Below are positions 11,501 to 18,800 of a DNA stretch of 64,000 nucleotides, one piece after another. Within the stretch, counting starts at the first letter, position 1, and each line of letters begins with the position of its first letter. The stretch is from Thermodesulfobacteriota bacterium (GTDB taxonomy: Bacteria > Desulfobacterota_D > UBA1144 > Nemesobacterales > Mycalebacteriaceae). The position numbers and the translations under genes are program-made. The notes beneath the pieces were generated by a model. It searched no databases. It had not been told where the DNA came from and saw only the letters and a program-made list of their open reading frames with translations. The stretch is taken from positions 160,001 to 224,000 of the forward strand of contig CBDAQI010000013.1 of the NCBI GenBank assembly GCA_965198945.1, written 5' to 3'.

Positions 11501-12940
11501 TCGCGCAATCTCTTTACTCGGAGGATCTGTCGGCCGGAATTTTCTGTATATTTCAGCAATGGCACCGTCGCAAAAGACTTCAACTTCGGCCCCTATTGCG
11601 GAAAATGCGTCTCTAATCCCGCTGACTTCGGAAAGATGCAGGTTTTCAAAGGAGACCTCTTCGTTTTTGATAATATCAACATAACCGGGGGACTTCTTCA
11701 GTTCCTTTGAAAATTCATTTTTCCCGGCGCCCGCACGTTTCACATTCAAAGCGAATGTTCCGTTGATTGAGTTCCCGTAAATTCTTTTTTCTTCAAGAAG
11801 AGTGTCCGCAATTGAAAAAGGCACCGAAATATCGTCCATATAGTAAAAGGAAATTTTTTCAATTGAATTTTCCTTTAAAGATTTAATTGTCTCTTCGGTT
11901 ATTTTTTCTCCCAGGCGCGCTATGACCTCCCCGTTTTTATTTATGATGTTTTCAGCGCATATTTTTTCAAACAAGTCGGATTCACTTTCCAGCGGAATGG
12001 AATCTATATTCAGACTTTTCAGTTTTTCAACTGTTCTTGCCGTGAATTTTCTTCCTTTTTTAACGACTACTTCATCTCCCTTTTTGATATCCGCAAAGCT
12101 TTTCTGATGAATAATCGTTTCAGGGTTTATTTTTTTTAAGAGACCGCCTTGATTGTCAAACCTGACAGTTTCCATGCTGTAGAAATGATCAAGAATTTCT
12201 CTTTCCGTATATCCGAGAGCTTTGAGAAAAAGGGTGACAAGAAATCTTTTCCTACGGTCAATACGGACATTTAGAAAGCTTTTTGAGTCAAAGTCAAAAT
12301 CAAGCCACCTGCCGTCTTGGGGAATCACTCTTGCCACGAAAGACTCTCTTCCGGAGGCCTGAGACTGGTCTCCGAGTTTGGGGCCGTCAAAAAGCACTCC
12401 CGGAGAGCGGTGTATTTGATTTACAATAACTCTTTCGGCGCCGCCTATTATGAATGAACCGTTTGCGGTCATTTTAGGAATTTCACCGAAATAAACATCC
12501 TGCTCCGTTACGTCGCGAATCCCGTCTCCGTCTTCTTCCCAGACAATCAGACGCAGGGTGACGTAAAGCGAAACCGTATGGTCATAATTTTTGAGCTTGC
12601 ACTCCATTTCATCAAATTTGGGATTCAGGTCATAAATTTCGTGCCCGTTTTTATCTTTCAAACCCTTGCCGTCTTCGCCTACAACTCTCTGACCCAGACT
12701 GTAGTGAACAAAGTCAAGAGAAGTTCTCTCAGCATAATTTTCTATGGGGAAAACAGCCTTGAAAACGGCTTGCAGTCCGTGATTTTTTCTCCGTGCCCTG
12801 TCTTCCGGAGCAACATCCTCCTGGAGGAATTTTTTATAAGATTCCGTCTGGACATTCAGAAGGTTTGGAATTTCTTGAATAGCCGGTATTTTTGAAAAAG
12901 TTCTTCTTAAATTTATCCCATCAAAATTTTTAGAATTCAA
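8516..12940 (-). CDS. rpoB: RNA polymerase beta subunit, 1474 aa, with extra insertions
   Basis: [51 protein letters not shown] start after AGGAGG. Confidence 0.98.
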   Translation of the reverse strand: MNSKNFDGINLRRTFSKIPAIQEIPNLLNVQTESYKKFLQEDVAPEDRARRKNHGLQAVFKAVFPIENYAERTSLDFVHYSLGQRVVGEDGKGLKDKNGHEIYDLNPKFDEMECKLKNYDHTVSLYVTLRLIVWEEDGDGIRDVTEQDVYFGEIPKMTANGSFIIGGAERVIVNQIHRSPGVLFDGPKLGDQSQASGRESFVARVIPQDGRWLDFDFDSKSFLNVRIDRRKRFLVTLFLKALGYTEREILDHFYSMETVRFDNQGGLLKKINPETIIHQKSFADIKKGDEVVVKKGRKFTARTVEKLKSLNIDSIPLESESDLFEKICAENIINKNGEVIARLGEKITEETIKSLKENSIEKISFYYMDDISVPFSIADTLLEEKRIYGNSINGTFALNVKRAGAGKNEFSKELKKSPGYVDIIKNEEVSFENLHLSEVSGIRDAFSAIGAEVEVFCDGAIAEIYRKFRPTDPPSKEIARTFFSDMFFNPSKYRLSQVGRKKLNYKLKHNVDETILTLTREDIIQTLKYLLELKGGRRQVDDIDHLGNRRVKTVGELIEETFYSGLERFARSVKERIGYQSIENKMPREIVVPKVVDTIVKDFFKTGQLSQFMDQTNPLSEITHKRRLSALGPKGLTRERAGFAVRDVHSSHYGRICPVETPEGPNIGLISSISTYAEIDDLGFIRAPYRVVENGVVTDKTVKMSALEEEEKNIVIAQANAPLDEDGRFILDFVSSRSEGEIKMVEKDKVTHMDVSPSQLVSISASLIPFLEHDDANRALMGSNMQRQATPLIRAVSPIVGTGLESSVAKDSGVALVAREDGEVIHADSEVIMVKNSKPGKSANSSVSGIETYKMVKFCKSNQGTCWNQTPIVSKGQKVSKGQIIADGPSTKNGELALGQNVMVAFMPWGGYNFEDAILISERIVKDDVFTSIHVDEFECQARETKLGKEEITRDITNIGEDAIKNLDESGIIRVGATVNMGDILVGKISPKGETRLSQEEKLLRAIFGDKAREVKDTSLRSHSSIAGTVIDVKVLTSRAVSEKSSRVQEIEVREIKKIRQEMELETTILRESADKEICSLLKDKKASSNITREGENLISKGDSFKIEALKRLTLEEIQNIKVEPKSLSETLKEKADLCIKDISDAKRKHEERIKKIEQKDDLAPGVLKTVKVYVAVKMNLQVGDKMAGRHGNKGVVSRILPQEDMPYMADGTPVDMVLNPLGVPSRMNVGQVLETHLGWASKKIGSQINEYIEKNYSPGAIKDKLKEFYGKTHGDKSFIDTIKDEQVYDLVKALKEGIPIASPVFDGATEEEIKSFMKIADLPGDGKTTLFDGRTGEPFDQKVTVGIMYMLKLHHLVEEKIHARSIGPYSLVTQQPLGGKAHFGGQRLGEMEVWALEAYGAAHTLQEFLTVKSDDVAGRTKMFASIVEGKMSLDPGIPESFNVLRKELQSLGLQIELTSDSDREMELRASSEL

Positions 12941-13041
12941 TATAATAAAATCCTCCTTCCACTGTTCCCCATCGGGTAGCGGGAGACGAAAACATGTTAA
13001 AAAAGCAGAATCCAGTCATTATGCAAGACGGCTTAAGAGGG

Positions 13042-13431
13042 TCAGCCCACTTCCACAGTTGCACCGGCTTTTTCAAATTTTTTCTTCAGCTCTTCCGCTT
13101 CCTCTTTTTTCAAACCGTCTTTTATAAGTTTGGGAGCACTTTCAACAAGATCTTTTGATTCTTTAAGCCCGAGAGAGGTAACTTCTCTTACGGCTTTGAT
13201 AACTTGAATCTTATTTGCTCCAACGTCTTTTAGAGTAAGGTTAAATTCGGTCTTCTCCGCACCGGCGGAGTCTTCGCCCCCCTGGGCGCCAGCCACCGGA
13301 GCCGCCATTGCGACCTGAGGAGCCGCTTTAACATCAAACTTTTCCTCTATTTCCTTGATAAGCTCAGAGATTTCCATCATACTGGCCTTTTCAAGGTAGT
13401 TGATCACCTCTTCTTTTGTTACATCAGGCAT
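13042..13431 (-). CDS. rplL: 50S ribosomal protein L7/L12
   Basis: Ala-rich hinge, [25 protein letters not shown]…[11 protein letters not shown]…GATVEV; AAGGAGG RBS. Confidence 0.98.
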   Translation of the reverse strand: MPDVTKEEVINYLEKASMMEISELIKEIEEKFDVKAAPQVAMAAPVAGAQGGEDSAGAEKTEFNLTLKDVGANKIQVIKAVREVTSLGLKESKDLVESAPKLIKDGLKKEEAEELKKKFEKAGATVEVG

Positions 13432-13499
13432 GGTTTTTCCTCCTTAATTTGTTTTCCCGAAAATGTTTTCGTAGCATTTCTTAAGACTGTTTCGTGTTT

Positions 13500-14048
13500 C
13501 TATTCTCCGGCCTCCGCCTCAGATGTTTCTCCGGATTTTTTCTGCTTCAACGCTTCAAGCGCGTAGACAAACTTGGAGCGTATTTGGTCCAATGTTCCAA
13601 CAAAGTTTGAGACGGGGGCGGCAAGAGCCGAAGCGAACATTGATATAAGAACCTGCCTTGAAGGCAGCTTTGATATCTGCTCAATTTCCTCAACCCCGCA
13701 AACTTTCCCGTCTACAAGACCGCCTTTGACAACAAGTTTCTCAAATTCTTTGCGTGCCTCTGCAAAAACTTTCGCCGTAGCCGGAAATTCCGGCCCGCAA
13801 ATTGCAATTGCAGTGGGACCGCGGAAAAGATCTTTGATTCTTTCAACCTCGGTGCCTTCACAGGCTTTGAGAAGAAACTTGTTCTTAACAACACGCAGCT
13901 CGGCATCGGTTTGTTTCACCCGGCACCTGACAGACTGCATGGTCTTCACATCAAGCCCCCTGTATTCCACCACAAGAACCGAGGTGGGATTCTTGAAAAC
14001 ATTTGTGAGCTCGTCTATGATCTTCTTTTTGTCTTCTCTGCTTTGCAT
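13500..14048 (-). CDS. rplJ: 50S ribosomal protein L10
   Basis: EYRGL, VVKN, LFRGPTAIA, SKLPSR; position between rplA and rplL. Confidence 0.96.
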   Translation of the reverse strand: MQSREDKKKIIDELTNVFKNPTSVLVVEYRGLDVKTMQSVRCRVKQTDAELRVVKNKFLLKACEGTEVERIKDLFRGPTAIAICGPEFPATAKVFAEARKEFEKLVVKGGLVDGKVCGVEEIEQISKLPSRQVLISMFASALAAPVSNFVGTLDQIRSKFVYALEALKQKKSGETSEAEAGE

Positions 14049-14774
14049 CTATGCCGCACTCTCAAAAACTTTTATTTCTTCTTTAACACTTGCCAGAACA
14101 ACATTGATTGACGGCCCCATCGTATTTGATATGCTCACTTTTTTGAAAAAATCGCCTTTTGAAGACGATGGCTTCATCTTCTGAAGAGAACAAAGGATAA
14201 AAAGCATATTTTCTTTCAGATGAGAAGTTTTGAATGAACTTTTTCCCACGGGAGCGTGGACAACACCGCTCTTATCGTTTCTTATCTCTATTCTACCACC
14301 CTTTGACTGTTTTACCATATTTGCAACATCGTTTGTAACCGTGCCCATACTGGGAGCGGGCATCAGCCCTCTGGGGCCGAGAAATCTGCCGAGTTTTCCG
14401 ACCTCCGCCATAACATCCGGCGTTGCAATTGCAACATCAAAACCAAGCCAGTTTTCGGTCTCTATTTTTTTCACAAATTCTTCCAACCCAGCATAGTCGG
14501 CGCCCGCCTCTTTTGCTTCGGCCACTTTTTCATCTTTGGCAAAAACCAGCACAGTCAGAGTTTTGCCCGTGCCGTGGGGTAAAACAAGTGAATTTCTTAT
14601 CTGCTGATCCGCATGTTTTGGGTCTATCCCAAGCTTGACGGCTATGTCAACTGACTCATCAAACTTTGCGGAACGTGTCTTCGGGATAAGACTTACGGAC
14701 TCTTCCAGGCTGTAAAAGTTTCTCCTCTCAAACCTGTCGCATAATTCTTTATATCTTCTGCCTCTTTTTGTCAT
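14049..14774 (-). CDS. rplA: 50S ribosomal protein L1
   Basis: AKFDESVD, LPHGTGK, LGPRGLMP, STMGP-like SNTMGP; ATG at 14774 just after the rplK stop. Confidence 0.97.
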   Translation of the reverse strand: MTKRGRRYKELCDRFERRNFYSLEESVSLIPKTRSAKFDESVDIAVKLGIDPKHADQQIRNSLVLPHGTGKTLTVLVFAKDEKVAEAKEAGADYAGLEEFVKKIETENWLGFDVAIATPDVMAEVGKLGRFLGPRGLMPAPSMGTVTNDVANMVKQSKGGRIEIRNDKSGVVHAPVGKSSFKTSHLKENMLFILCSLQKMKPSSSKGDFFKKVSISNTMGPSINVVLASVKEEIKVFESAA

Positions 14775-14775
14775 T

Positions 14776-15198
14776 TCAATTCTGCTCCACATCAATTCCG
14801 ATGCTTTTTGCGCTTCCTATAATAATATTTCTGGCGGCTGATATATCATCGGTATTTAAGTCTCCAATCTTTTTCTCAGCTATTTCATCAATCTGACTCA
14901 TTGTTAATTTCCCGACCTTCACTCTTGGAACATTGGATGATCCCTTCTCTATTTTTGCAGCTTGCTTGAGCAAATAAGAAACCGGAGGAGCTTTGATTTC
15001 AAGTGAAAAAGACTTGTCTTTGTAAACCGTGATAATAACCGGAAGCAACCCTTCTTTTCCGGCTGTCTCCGCATTAAAAGCCTTGCAGAACTCCATTATA
15101 TTTATTCCCTTCTGACCTAGAGCGGGACTGATCTGTGGAGACGGGGAGGCTTTCCCCGCCGGAACAAGCAATTTTAAGTAACCGTCTGTCTGTTTCAT
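14776..15198 (-). CDS. rplK: 50S ribosomal protein L11
   Basis: [35 protein letters not shown]…GSAKSIG. Confidence 0.97.
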   Translation of the reverse strand: MKQTDGYLKLLVPAGKASPSPQISPALGQKGINIMEFCKAFNAETAGKEGLLPVIITVYKDKSFSLEIKAPPVSYLLKQAAKIEKGSSNVPRVKVGKLTMSQIDEIAEKKIGDLNTDDISAARNIIIGSAKSIGIDVEQN

Positions 15199-15199
15199 T

Positions 15200-15766
15200 T
15201 TACATTTGCTCCACTTGGTTGAAATCCAGTTCTATGGGTGTTGATCTGCCGAATATGCTTACCAGAACAAGAACTTTTCCCTTCTCAGCGTCAATCTGAC
15301 GAATGACACCGGAAAGGTTTGCAAACGGGCCTTCAACAACTTTCACCTTTTCCCCCTGGTCAAAAGATATTTTGAGTTTGGGCTTAAGGGTGCCCTGCTG
15401 AATCCGGGTTTTGAGTTTCAAAATCTCTTCCTCGTCAATGGAGAAAACCGATGACGGGTCTATTTTCCCGGATTTCATCTCCTCACCGATAAAACCGTTC
15501 ACCCTTGGTATGTCATTTATGAAATGCCAGGTCTGTTCTTTCATTTCCATATTTACAAGCACATAACCCGGAAAAAACATCTTCTCCGAAGTTTTTTTCT
15601 TTCCGTCCTTCTTTGATTCAACCAAAGTCTCGGTTGGAATCAAAACTTCGCCCACCGGAACTTTTTCCCTGGAAGCGCGCACTTTGTCTTCTATGAAAGA
15701 TTTCACTTTCTTTTCATATCCGGTGCTGACCTGGACCGCATACCATTTTTTTTTGTCTGATTCCAT
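15200..15766 (-). CDS. nusG: Transcription elongation factor NusG
   Basis: [16 protein letters not shown] motif [19 protein letters not shown]. Confidence 0.97.
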   Translation of the reverse strand: MESDKKKWYAVQVSTGYEKKVKSFIEDKVRASREKVPVGEVLIPTETLVESKKDGKKKTSEKMFFPGYVLVNMEMKEQTWHFINDIPRVNGFIGEEMKSGKIDPSSVFSIDEEEILKLKTRIQQGTLKPKLKISFDQGEKVKVVEGPFANLSGVIRQIDAEKGKVLVLVSIFGRSTPIELDFNQVEQM

Positions 15767-15781
15767 TTTATTTTTTTCAAA

Positions 15782-15976
15782 TTATATCAATATCAAACCG
15801 ATAAGGGATGAAAACAAGTAGTCGGCAATCGCAAGCACCACAGTGAACAAAATTGACACAAAAAGAACCACTATCGTTGCCTTTACCGTGCTGTCGCGAC
15901 CGGGCCATGATATTTTCCAAAACTCAATCTCGACCTCTTTCAAGTATTTAACAGCTTTTTTCAAATACTGCTGCAA
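15782..15976 (-). CDS. secE: Preprotein translocase SecE (64 aa)
   Basis: EFWKISWP motif plus one TM helix; TTG at 15976 after GGAGGA; between tRNA-Trp and nusG. Confidence 0.92.
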   Translation of the reverse strand: MQQYLKKAVKYLKEVEIEFWKISWPGRDSTVKATIVVLFVSILFTVVLAIADYLFSSLIGLILI

Positions 15977-16007
15977 TCTTTCCTCCGGAAACAGGCAGTC
16001 AAAAAAA

Positions 16008-16080
16008 CAGGGCAGGAGGGAATCGAACCCCCAACCTGCGGTTTTGGAGACCGCTGCTCTCCCGATTGAGCTACTGCCCT
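16008..16080 (-). tRNA. tRNA-Trp (CCA)
   Basis: AGGGCAG/CTGCCCT acceptor stem, anticodon loop CT-CCA-AA, GGTTCGATTCC T arm; no encoded CCA end. Confidence 0.96.
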
Positions 16081-16099
16081 TAAACACCCCATCCGGTAG

Positions 16100-17275
16100 C
16101 TACTCAATAATTCCGGTAACGACGCCGGCTCCCACGGTTCTGCCCCCTTCCCTGATTGCAAAACGGAGCTGCTCTTCCATCGCCACCGGAGCTATCAGCT
16201 CCACTTCCATATTCACATTATCGCCCGGCATCACCATCTCCACACCATCGGGCAGCTTCACAGAACCCGTCACATCCGTAGTCCGCAAATAAAACTGAGG
16301 ACGATACCCGGGGAAAAAAGGAGTGTGACGACCACCCTCCTCCTTCTTCAACACATACACCTCCGCAGAAAACTTCTTGTGAGGCGTAATGCTCCCCACC
16401 GCAGACAAAACCTGACCACGCTCAACAGAATCCTTCTCTATCCCACGCAGCAGCACACCCACATTGTCCCCCGCAACCGCATCATCCAGTATCTTCCTGA
16501 ACATCTCAAGACTCGTCGCAACCGTCTTCACCGTCTCACTAAACCCCACTATCTCAACCTCATCACCAGCCTCTATCCTGCCGCGCTCAACCCTGCCCGT
16601 AACAACCGTGCCGCGACCCGATATCGTAAACACATCCTCCACAGCCATAATAAAAGGCTTGTCAACCTCGCGCACAGGCTCAGGCACATATCCGTCCACC
16701 GCAGACATCAACTCCCGTATCTGACCCGCAGCATCTCCGTCTCCCTCAAGAGCCTTCAAAGCGCTCACCTTCATTATCGGTATATCATCGCCCGGAAACT
16801 TATACTCGTTCAACAACTCCCGTATCTCAAGCTCAACCAAATCCAAAAGCTCAGGATCATCCAGCATGTCCACCTTGTTCAACGCAACCACTATTGAAGG
16901 AACTCCAACCTGACGCGCAAGCAAGATGTGCTCCCGCGTCTGTGGCATGGGACCGTCAGGAGCGCTCACAACCAGTATCGCACCGTCCATCTGCGCCGCC
17001 CCCGTTATCATGTTCTTCACATAATCCGCATGACCGGGACAGTCAACATGAGCATAATGACGCCCCTCAGTCTCATACTCAACATGAGATATGTTTATCG
17101 TTATCCCCCTGTCCTTCTCCTCAGGAGACTTGTCTATGTCCCCAAACTCCACAAACTCCGCCATGTCCAAAACCTTCGTTATCGCAGCCGTAAGCGTAGT
17201 CTTGCCGTGATCAACATGACCAATAGTCCCTATGTTCAAATGAGGCTTGCCCCTCTCAAACTTCGCCTTAGACAT
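16100..17275 (-). CDS. tuf: Elongation factor Tu
   Basis: [37 protein letters not shown]. Confidence 0.99.
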   Translation of the reverse strand: MSKAKFERGKPHLNIGTIGHVDHGKTTLTAAITKVLDMAEFVEFGDIDKSPEEKDRGITINISHVEYETEGRHYAHVDCPGHADYVKNMITGAAQMDGAILVVSAPDGPMPQTREHILLARQVGVPSIVVALNKVDMLDDPELLDLVELEIRELLNEYKFPGDDIPIMKVSALKALEGDGDAAGQIRELMSAVDGYVPEPVREVDKPFIMAVEDVFTISGRGTVVTGRVERGRIEAGDEVEIVGFSETVKTVATSLEMFRKILDDAVAGDNVGVLLRGIEKDSVERGQVLSAVGSITPHKKFSAEVYVLKKEEGGRHTPFFPGYRPQFYLRTTDVTGSVKLPDGVEMVMPGDNVNMEVELIAPVAMEEQLRFAIREGGRTVGAGVVTGIIE

Positions 17276-17308
17276 ATCTCAAACACCTCCTGAAAAAAGA
17301 AAAATTAA

Positions 17309-17381
<73 letters not shown>

Positions 17382-17394
17382 AGTATCAGTTCCG

Positions 17395-17468
17395 AGCGGG
17401 AGACGGGACTCGAACCCGCGACCCTCAGCTTGGAAGGCTGATGCTCTAGCCAACTGAGCTACTCCCGC
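17395..17468 (-). tRNA. tRNA-Gly (TCC)
   Basis: GCGGGAGTAGCTCAG…TCAGCCTTCCAAGCTGA…GGTTCGAGTCC…CTCCCGCT. Confidence 0.96.
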
Positions 17469-17490
17469 AGACTGGCCGGACTTGTGTTCA

Positions 17491-17573
17491 TGGGGAGGGT
17501 AGGATTCGAACCCACGTAGGCTTACGCCGGCAGATTTACAGTCTGCTGCTTTTGACCACTCAGCCACCTCCCC
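17491..17573 (-). tRNA. tRNA-Tyr (GTA)
   Basis: GGGGAGG/CCTCCCC stem, GCAGACTGTAAATCTGC anticodon arm, long variable arm. Confidence 0.96.
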
Positions 17574-17626
17574 CTCTTCTTGAAAAAAAACAACAGACAT
17601 AATCCAATTTCATCCCGACTTTTTAC

Positions 17627-17699
17627 AGCTGGCGAAGGGATTCGAACCCCCGACCTGCTGATTACAAATCAGCTGCTCTGCCAACTGAGCTACGCCAGC
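17627..17699 (-). tRNA. tRNA-Thr (TGT)
   Basis: GCTGGCG/CGCCAGC stem, CTGATTTGTAATCAG anticodon arm, GGTTCGAATCC. Confidence 0.96.
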
Positions 17700-17729
17700 G
17701 GTAAAACAAACATTTACAATACCGACAAA

Positions 17730-17764
17730 GTGCCCCATTATATACGAAAGAAAAACAGTGTCAA
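17730..17764 (-). promoter_or_regulatory. Sigma70-type promoter of the tRNA-tuf operon
   Basis: TTGACA (17764-17759), 16-nt spacer, TATAAT (17742-17737), then a GC-rich GGGGCAC discriminator typical of stable-RNA promoters. Confidence 0.85.
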
Positions 17765-17774
17765 ACAGAAAGCG

Positions 17775-18218
17775 TTAAACAAAAGAAGCCGTTATTGAGG
17801 CTTCCGAAATTTTTTCTCCCCCGCCGAGTTCGGCCAGAGCTTTGAAAACCATTACTCTGCTGCGCTTTCTCGTCAGGCTTACAGAAAGAGTCAAAAGCGT
17901 CCCGGGGAGGACGGGCTTTCTAAACCGGCACTTGTCAAGCCCCATAAGGTATGCGTTGGAAAACCCGCTTTTTTTTATCTCATCCTCAAATGACGCCCCG
18001 ATAAGAACGCCGCCCGCTTGCGCCAGCGCTTCGGTGATGACAACTCCCGGCACAACCGGGTTTCCGGGGAAATGACCGCGGAAGAAAAATTCTTCGGGCT
18101 CAAAAGTTTTTTCCGCTTTTAACCGTTCGCCTTTTTCAAATTCGGTTACACGGTCAAGAAACAGGAAAGGTTCTCTGTGCGGAATAAACTTTTTTATCTG
18201 TTCTTTATCAAATATCAC
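17775..18218 (-). CDS. fabZ: 3-hydroxyacyl-ACP dehydratase
   Basis: IPHREPFLFLDRV, FFRGHFPGNPVVPGV…EALAQ, FRKPVLPG. Confidence 0.96.
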   Translation of the reverse strand: MIFDKEQIKKFIPHREPFLFLDRVTEFEKGERLKAEKTFEPEEFFFRGHFPGNPVVPGVVITEALAQAGGVLIGASFEDEIKKSGFSNAYLMGLDKCRFRKPVLPGTLLTLSVSLTRKRSRVMVFKALAELGGGEKISEASITASFV

Positions 18219-18222
18219 CTTT

Positions 18223-18780
18223 TCAGTATTTCTGGTCGTATAAACTGATTATCTTTTCCGTAACATCAACATTTTGAGATATAAAAATGACTCCCGCATT
18301 GGTGTTGGCAAGTATGAGTGAGTAGCCTTCAGACTTTCCGAATTCATTCACAACACTCTGTATTTGTGAAAAAATTTCCCTTTTCATTTCTTCCTGTTTT
18401 CTTGTCAAGTCATCTGAAAAATCTTCTTTTGCGCGCAAGAGATCTTTCTTTTTCTGTTCAAGCGCCCTGCTTTTTTCACTCAGGGTCTCTTCGTTCATGA
18501 TGGAGAGACTCTTGGCAAAATCGTTTTCCAGATTTTCATACTGGAGGCTCTTTTCATCAAGAATTTTCTGTTTGTTTTTAAATTCTTTTTCAAGAGATTC
18601 TCTGGCTCTTTTACCGGCTTTTGAGTTGATAAGAACGCGCTGGATGTCAACAATTGCTATGCGCTCCGCCGTGTTCTCCTGCGCTCCAACCTTCACGCAA
18701 AAGGGAATTGCGAGAGCAGTCAGCAGAAAAGTTGCCAGTGTAAAACTTAAAAAATAAAAACGAGAAAATCTCTTGGTCAT
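18223..18780 (-). CDS. skp: OmpH/Skp periplasmic chaperone
   Basis: Signal peptide, IAIVDIQRVL, long coiled coil, GYSLIL…DVTEKII; follows bamA. Confidence 0.9.
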   Translation of the reverse strand: MTKRFSRFYFLSFTLATFLLTALAIPFCVKVGAQENTAERIAIVDIQRVLINSKAGKRARESLEKEFKNKQKILDEKSLQYENLENDFAKSLSIMNEETLSEKSRALEQKKKDLLRAKEDFSDDLTRKQEEMKREIFSQIQSVVNEFGKSEGYSLILANTNAGVIFISQNVDVTEKIISLYDQKY

Positions 18781-18800
18781 TTTTCTCCTCCTTAAAAAGT

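Noticed and set aside
15977..16087. N-terminal extension of the secE ORF in the track
   Set aside because: It runs through tRNA-Trp; a TTG with GGAGGA RBS at 15976 gives a normal SecE.
16325..17293. Long plus-strand ORFs antisense to tuf
   Set aside because: They are codon-aligned shadows caused by the near absence of TTA/CTA/TCA codons in tuf; no independent coding signal.
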